A stretch of DNA of 56,098 nucleotides, counting the filler, from Platydemus manokwari (taxonomy: Eukaryota), in the NCBI GenBank assembly GCA_037951405.1. It is 5 parts of 5 records of this genome, joined end to end, with 100 filler letters (N's around TTAATTAATTAA, not from the genome) between each part and the next. Parts side by side here need not be neighbours in the genome. Positions count along the whole stretch, not along the records: positions 47,024 to 56,098 come from JBBMOY011285428.1; 4 more parts are not named here. One strand, given 5' to 3'. The position numbers were made by a program, and so were the translations under genes. The notes below the pieces were generated by a model. The model made no database searches. It was given only the letters and a program-made list of their open reading frames with translations, and had not been told where the DNA came from. Shown here piece after piece: positions 49,785 to 56,098 of this stretch. The first letter of the stretch is position 1, and each line of letters begins with the position of its first letter.

Positions 49785-52700
49785 CAAATAATCGTCTTAA
49801 TCATCAATGAGAAGAATACAGAAATGATAATCACAACACAATTTGCACCTTTATTGAGTTTATTATTGGATGATAATATATTATGATAATATATTAGAAT
49901 GTATATGTTGTCTAGAAACATCAAAAAATATAGCCCAGTATTGAGATCCAATATTATATTTACCATGATATTATTATATGAATATTCGGTCAAATCTAAA
50001 TGAATCAGATGGCTTCGATTATATCGATAAAGAAATCGGTAAATTCTCTAATGTTCTTGATATACCACCATTACGTAATCATACGCTAATCAACTGATTA
50101 ATTAAATATATAAATATATATCATGATAGAAATATATCCACAAATGAGATCGATGACTGAGTGTGCGTGTTGGCGGACAATTAATAATTTCAAATACCGA
50201 CATAGACAAGCATGTTGATTCCTGATTTATCATGGATTTATTCCCGATCGGTTTTTGATGAAAACAGTAAAACACTGGTTAATAATATGAGAAAATGTGC
50301 ACTAAAGATTATTTTGATGACGAATTCTATCAATGATGCTGATGATGATACTGGCGTGATTATTCATAGAGATCTCCACATAATAATTGGAGGGAAATTC
50401 ATGAATAAACAAATATAATTAGCTATTATTTATTGATTGATTGAAAACATTTTGCCTATCTACTGTATTATCAATTGCGCAACAATCAAATAAATTTCAC
50501 CCAATAACAACTCATCAAAAACAAATAAAAATAAATATCGAGTGATATGATTGGGTGGATGAGATAGAATCGAGAATAAAATGACTTAATCGAAACCATG
50601 ACATCATATCACCAGTTGTAAAGTTAAATTGATAAAATTCAACAATAAACGTGCCGTTAAATAAGTCTCAAAAATACGTGACGTCATCATGACAAATAGA
50701 TTCATACGCACATTGCGTTGTTATGTAATGATAAATATTGGATTCTAGGATCAATGTTGACTGTATGTTTATCGGCTTATGCACACACACGCGCACACAC
50801 ACTCACAAGTTATCATTAACTAAAACAACAACAATAACAACAACCGACATCGAATAAATGATAAATAAATAATTCGTCATTAAATGGATGACATCAAAAT
50901 CAATATTAATATAATATCATCATTGAAGAAATCTGGATAAAGGTATATCAGATGATTGTGTGTGTGTGTGTGATAAAGATGATAATCATATTAGATATTA
51001 GCAAATATAATAATAAATAACAGTAATAATAATAAGGAATAATAATAATAATAACAGTAATAATAATTATTATTATAACTAACTTGTTGACCGCGGTGCC
51101 TGAAAATATAATGTCGTAATCAATGAAAGCTTATTAATGATGATGAGATTAATATGAAATATCATTACATTATTTCAACAATACATCACATTCACATCAT
51201 CCAATAATTCGATTCATTCATTCACATGCACAACATTATCGATAACAATGTCTAAAAATTCCAAAAATTATTTTATTCGATAACCAATATCTCCATTAAC
51301 AACCAACCTTTGAACCTTCAAATATATTACAGTTCAATATAACACAAAACCAACACAATCGATAATATATATAACATTATTATATAATACATGATGTATC
51401 TCGCTTACATTCATGCCCCTGGTGATATTATTCGGAAAGGTTGTGAATGGACAAAACAACCCATTGGTTCGAGCCAATAATAAATCATATCAATATCTAC
51501 TACTGCTCATCCAATAATTTGTAAGTAGTAATATATATATCAGCGATTTATTGTTTAATATGTCATTATTTTATAAAATGGAATACCCACCGACCGGAAA
51601 TTAATAAACCTCATTTAACGTGCCTCCAAACCAATGACAGCAATAAATGATTTAATATCGATTTGATCAAGTGCGTTCTCAACATTTGACAAATGTCAAC
51701 TGCTGGTGGTCGCGGCTGAAAGAGTTCAACAAAGCCATTTTTTAGTCAGCTGTTATTAGAGATATAATAGCGATTTTTGATTGGCTGCTGATATTGATTG
51801 ATTCCATACCAATAATCACAGATATTACAATGAACTAATTGAAATGTTTATATTAGTTAATCAATCTATCATTGATTATATTCATTGAATTTTATCACAA
51901 ATCAATGGTAACATGAGATAATAACACAACACAACCAACAAACAAGTCAAAAAATGATGGATTTCATCTCCATCGGAACACACATCCCCTTCTGAAAATG
52001 ATATTCAGATATCAAGGTCATCGAAATCAAAATAATCAATGCAAATAAATTAAAACAAACATAAATAAGGTCAGCAAACTCATGAAACAAACTCAATATT
52101 GTAACATGAGCCTCTAAAAATTATATCGAAAATCTATATAGATAATATTAATAATTTATTTGGATCAATATTTTTACTTCACCGGTCGATATGAATACAA
52201 AATGAGAGTGAATATGTATTAAATAATAATGTTATTTGTCCACACTGCACACCGGCACACATTCACACAACTCACAATCATCATTAATTAGCACACCTGA
52301 ACTGACACACGTGCCGGCTCATACACACAGACACATGAGAGAATGCTACCAAACTTTCACAGGTAACCATATCTCAAACACACACAGAAATCTAAATTGA
52401 GTAGATTTGTTTCCAATAACGTAAAAAAAATAAAATAAAAATCAATCTTCAAAATTTGCGGATGTTTCTCTCAAAAGTGAAAAATTATAAACTAAACATA
52501 ATTCTAACCTGTTCGGTGTTCGCTTTGACATCATTTGCGTTCTGAAATGTCATTATTATCCTATGACGTCATATAGAATTAATTCACTCACCATATTGTC
52601 ATTCTTTTCAAATCTTTGGGGATTGTTGTTCTGAAAAATATTGATTAACGAAATATCCTTAAAAACCACCGAACAAAATACTACTTCCAGAGAGCCTCTT

Positions 52701-53143
52701 GATTGCTTTCGGTCTTCATTGAACTGTTTGTGATAATTGACCTATTAATAATGATTACATTACTTTAGTATCGATTAAATCAATGACAAACATTGCTGAT
52801 GTTTTGGGATAATTGGGCGAGACGCTTATTTTCCGGGGTATCGATTATGGGGGTGAATTTTTGTGTTGGATAATGCCTTGAAAAGAGAAAATGTAATCGA
52901 ATCACGACAATCAATCATATATACGTTGAACAGTATGGCATTTTCTCGTAACCTTTGTAATTTTTCATCGTCAATGTTAGATCGCATTTTGTGCATTTGA
53001 AGCATCCTTTGTGCCAAAACTGGTAATGATAGCCTAACTAAGAGCGGCTTGATTCAGCAAAATAAAACGATTACCTTATCGAGACAGGATAGCTTCTCAA
53101 CGGGATAAACGGTTTTGTTACATCGCGCACATTGTGGATTCAT
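48980..53143 (-). CDS. LASP: LIM and SH3 domain protein (LASP), ~220 aa; exons 53143-53075, 53019-52925, 52876-52792, 52741-52685, 52630-52592, 52541-52509, 51099-51084, 49633-49591, 49297-49252, 49159-48980
   Basis: LIM domain [23 protein letters not shown]|[32 protein letters not shown]|HYP; nebulin repeat [17 protein letters not shown]|VNYHKQF; Pro-rich linker; SH3 [21 protein letters not shown]...[22 protein letters not shown]. All ten exons are GT-AG and phase-compatible. The small linker exons are less certain than the domain exons. Confidence 0.9.
49719..49784. repeat. (TTA)n microsatellite in a LASP intron
   Basis: Perfect run; explains the poly-Ile and poly-Tyr ORFs. Confidence 0.95.
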
Positions 53144-53407
53144 TTTTATTTTTTATTCAAGTTGAAATATAGTGATTAAACGGCCTTAGTGAGACAAATT
53201 TTTCATCCAGTAAAACAAATCAATAAATTATGAATAATCGCATCTCTAAATTAACAAAATAATTTTATCATTGATTTTTGTGTCATTGTATCAATTAAAA
53301 TTTGAGGCAAATTCTTATTTGAGTTATTTTTTTAAATTGTCAGGAAATATTTTTCATTTAATTTTAAAATTATTATTCATTTATTTGAGTTAATAATTTG
53401 ATTTTTT

Positions 53408-54399
53408 GGCTAAAGTTAAAAAAAAAGGTCCTAAAATAAAATTTTAAAACTGTGGAGTGTATTGCTAAAATCTATACAGATTATTTAATTAAATTCTTAA
53501 GTAACATTTTGAATTTTTTTATTTAAGAACTTGAGTAAAATTTTAGTTATTTAGAATCAAATAATAAGTGCACAGGATTTTTAAAATCTCCAAAAAATTA
53601 ATTATTTGAAAAACGGGTCAAAGTAGGTCAAAATGCAATTAATTGAAAATTAGCGAGGACCCCTTCTTTTAACGTAAGAAGCAAGTGGGATGATATCTAA
53701 GATTTTTTGGAGTTATTTTATAAAAAAAAATGACATCAAAACTATTGAGAAGTGCCAGGAACAAGGTACTTGTGTTTTCTCTAAAAATAATTAATCTATT
53801 TAATAGATTGGATACATAGATCCCAAACTTGTCGATGTTGTAATAAAATGAAGATTTGATCCCAATCAAATAAATCATACATGTGAAGATGTCACAAATA
53901 TATACGTTTCGGAATTCAAACAGGGACTTGGTTCAACAATTCAGCCTTGTCCCTTTTTGACATTCTGAATAAAGTATTTTTGGTGCAAGGGGCTCACACA
54001 AAATATTATATTTACAAAATAATATCCATTAGTAAACTAATAAGCAACAAATATTGGCAATTTTTATTAAAATAAAACCAACAATTTAAAATTATTTATT
54101 GAGATACAACAAAATTTGTAGATTCCTCGACAATGAAGGAATATCTTGGCATGGAAATATAATTGAAGGCCTAAATATCGTCGTAGAAATTGTAAAGGAA
54201 TGTTTTGAAAGTGCCAAATATATTGGCGAGAATCGAATACATGGTTTTTGATTGTTAGAGTTGATTTTTTATTCTAAAATTGAATTTTTTGTAAAAATTT
54301 CACTCAAATATGATTACAAATAAATTTTAATATCAAGTAACTCACGGAAAGACATTACTTTAAAATTGAGTCAAAGGACCCTTTTTCTTAACTTAAGCC
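53408..54399 (+). mobile_element. Decayed Merlin (IS1016/IS1595-related) DNA transposon
   Basis: TIRs GGCTAAAGTTAAAAAAAAAGGTCC / GGACCCTTTTTCTTAACTTAAGCC. 8-bp TSD GATTTTTT / GATTTTTC. Internal remnant at ~54159-54250 reads IIEGLNIVVEIVKECFESAKY, resembling the Merlin motif IGG..IVEIDES.F..RKY. Confidence 0.65.
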
Positions 54400-54500
54400 G
54401 ATTTTTCTAACTTTTCCAGAGCCCTTGAAATCAAAAAAATTATCGCAACATTTTATAGAATACAACCTGTATTTAAATTTTAAAAATTAAACAAATAATG

Positions 54501-55073
54501 GGCTAAAGTTAAAGATTAAGGTCTTAGAATGAAATTTTAAATTTGTTGAGTGAGTTGCAAAATCCTATATAGTTTATTTAATTGTATTCTTTAAAAATAT
54601 TTTGAATTTTTTATGTAAGTAGTTGCGAAAAGTTTTAGTTGTTTGAAATCAAATATTAAATAAACTAGAGCTTCAAAATCTCTTAAAAGCTGATTGTTTG
54701 AAAAAGTAAAAAACAAAAGGTCGAATTGCAATTCATTGAAAATTAGCGATATTCTCAATGTTTACAATTATTTTATAAAAATAACCAATGATATTATTAA
54801 ACAAATCTGTAATTAACTAACTCGATTTATAATTATAAAAATTTAAAGTTAAAAACTCAAATAATCATATAGAAATGTTGTGATTAGAATGGGAACTTGG
54901 TTTTCAAACTATGTTTTGTCACTATTAGACATCTTAGAAAGTGATATATTAACTGAATTATACGAATAAATCACACATAGCAGTTATATATAAAATTAAG
55001 TTATAAAATTATCTCATACGCAATAATTCATTATAACGAAAGTAGGTCAAAGGACCCTTTTTTAACTTAAACT
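54501..55073 (+). mobile_element. Second, internally deleted Merlin-type copy
   Basis: Starts GGCTAAAGTTAAAGATTAAGGTC; the first ~250 bp are colinear with 53408-53660. Ends GTCAAAGGACCCTTTTTTAACTTAAACT. Flanks AAATAATG / AAATAAAA are a possible degraded TSD. Confidence 0.6.
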
Positions 55074-56098
55074 AAATAAAACAATACTCCAATCAAATTT
55101 TTTAGTAAAATTAAAAGCAATTAAAAATAATTGTATGCCAGAATATGGAAATAATATCCAAGAAAATAAAAAATTCTTCATAATTTTAATTTAAATAATT
55201 TTGAAGCATAACAGCAAATATTGATTATAAATTGTAGCAATACGCTCGCTCAGATATTGAAGAAATTATTATGCCACAGCTGGTAATCGCTGTGGTCTGC
55301 ACTAGAAAAACTCGATATTCTTTGTCATTATGGTAAAAAGAATCAGAGTGTTTTATCTAAGCATATTTGATTATAGAGGAACCAATCGTGGGTACACTTG
55401 GGTTTCTTATATCAAAGTCAAAATTAAATATTCCTTTACAATTTTGTTTTGAGCTGTTAGAAAAAGATGCTAGTAATTGGATGTTGCTCTGTACAATAAT
55501 TCAATCCTGTTTATAAGCGCAATTTAATGTGATGATTTAACCCTTTAGTGTAATCTGTATTAACTGGTCTTTTGTGATAGTAAATAAACGTTATTTAACA
55601 ATTATATTTCTATTATATCTCGCTAAGAACCTGAGATGTAAGGGCTTAGTTAGATTTTACCGACGAGAGCCATTGAGGTAAGTGATAACTACATAGTTAT
55701 CAGAAAATTTAATTTCATTTATTATAAGATTTTTAAATAAATATATTTCATTGCTAGATTGTTATAATTAATGTTGAAGAAATTTTAAAATGATATCTCA
55801 TATATGAACATGTTTTGTAATTTCGAAATAATTTAATGTTAATATTAAAAAAAAATTCAATTTTAATATTATGTTATAATTTTAATTTTATTTTTTTTTA
55901 ATTTTTTAAAATTTTTTAATATTTGTGATAATAATATTATAATTATTATTATAAATATTTAATTAAATGTATAAAGAAAATTTACCTTGATATGCTTTGG
56001 AATTTGAAATGGCCATTTTTCATTTTGCCTCAAAAAATTCGATAAGCAACCCATTACTGGCTCGCTAACAAATGTTAGAAAGTCTCTAATAATAGATG

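Noticed and set aside
52826-53017. 63-aa ORF MAQRMLQ...
   Set aside because: Wrong-frame reading across LASP exons 2-3.
55537-55650. TTAA-CCCTTTAGTG as a piggyBac end
   Set aside because: The matching right end is poor (GTAAGGG-CTTAG) and has no TTAA duplication.
1-56098. A neuronal/Ca2+-signalling gene cluster (protocadherin, calpain, syntaxin, CaMK, LASP) as a linked system
   Set aside because: Each gene lies on a different contig joined by artificial spacers, so co-location carries no biological information.

Overview
AT-rich (roughly 70-75% A+T by eye) eukaryotic genomic DNA from an invertebrate animal. The short GT-AG introns (46-90 nt), (AAT)n microsatellites and gene content suggest a triclad flatworm (planarian); this is an inference. 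The window is not one locus: four artificial 100-nt spacers (44 N + TTAATTAATTAA + 44 N) join five contigs (1-10654, 10755-20263, 20364-33502, 33603-46923, 47024-56098), and there is a further 291-N gap. Contig 1 holds the 3' end of an unknown gene, an intronless divergent PP1 catalytic subunit, a 3-exon Tim13 missed by the ORF track, a KCTD/BTB protein, an orphan minus-strand terminal exon and the large ectodomain exon of a 7-EC protocadherin. Contig 2 holds the 5' exons of a calpain-like protein lacking the catalytic Cys. Contig 3 holds the 3' half of syntaxin-1. Contig 4 holds a CAMK-group kinase without a regulatory tail and an intronless ~740-aa protein combining (RSRSRSKY)n repeats with a probable C-terminal ET domain. 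Contig 5 holds a 10-exon LASP (LIM-nebulin-SH3) gene whose linker is built from micro-exons. Mobile DNA includes two Buster/SPIN-type hAT non-autonomous elements, two Merlin-type elements, a dispersed non-coding repeat present in three contigs, and faint retroelement fossils. No rRNA, tRNA, CRISPR array or prokaryotic system was found. The most unusual item is the RSKY-repeat/ET-domain protein.
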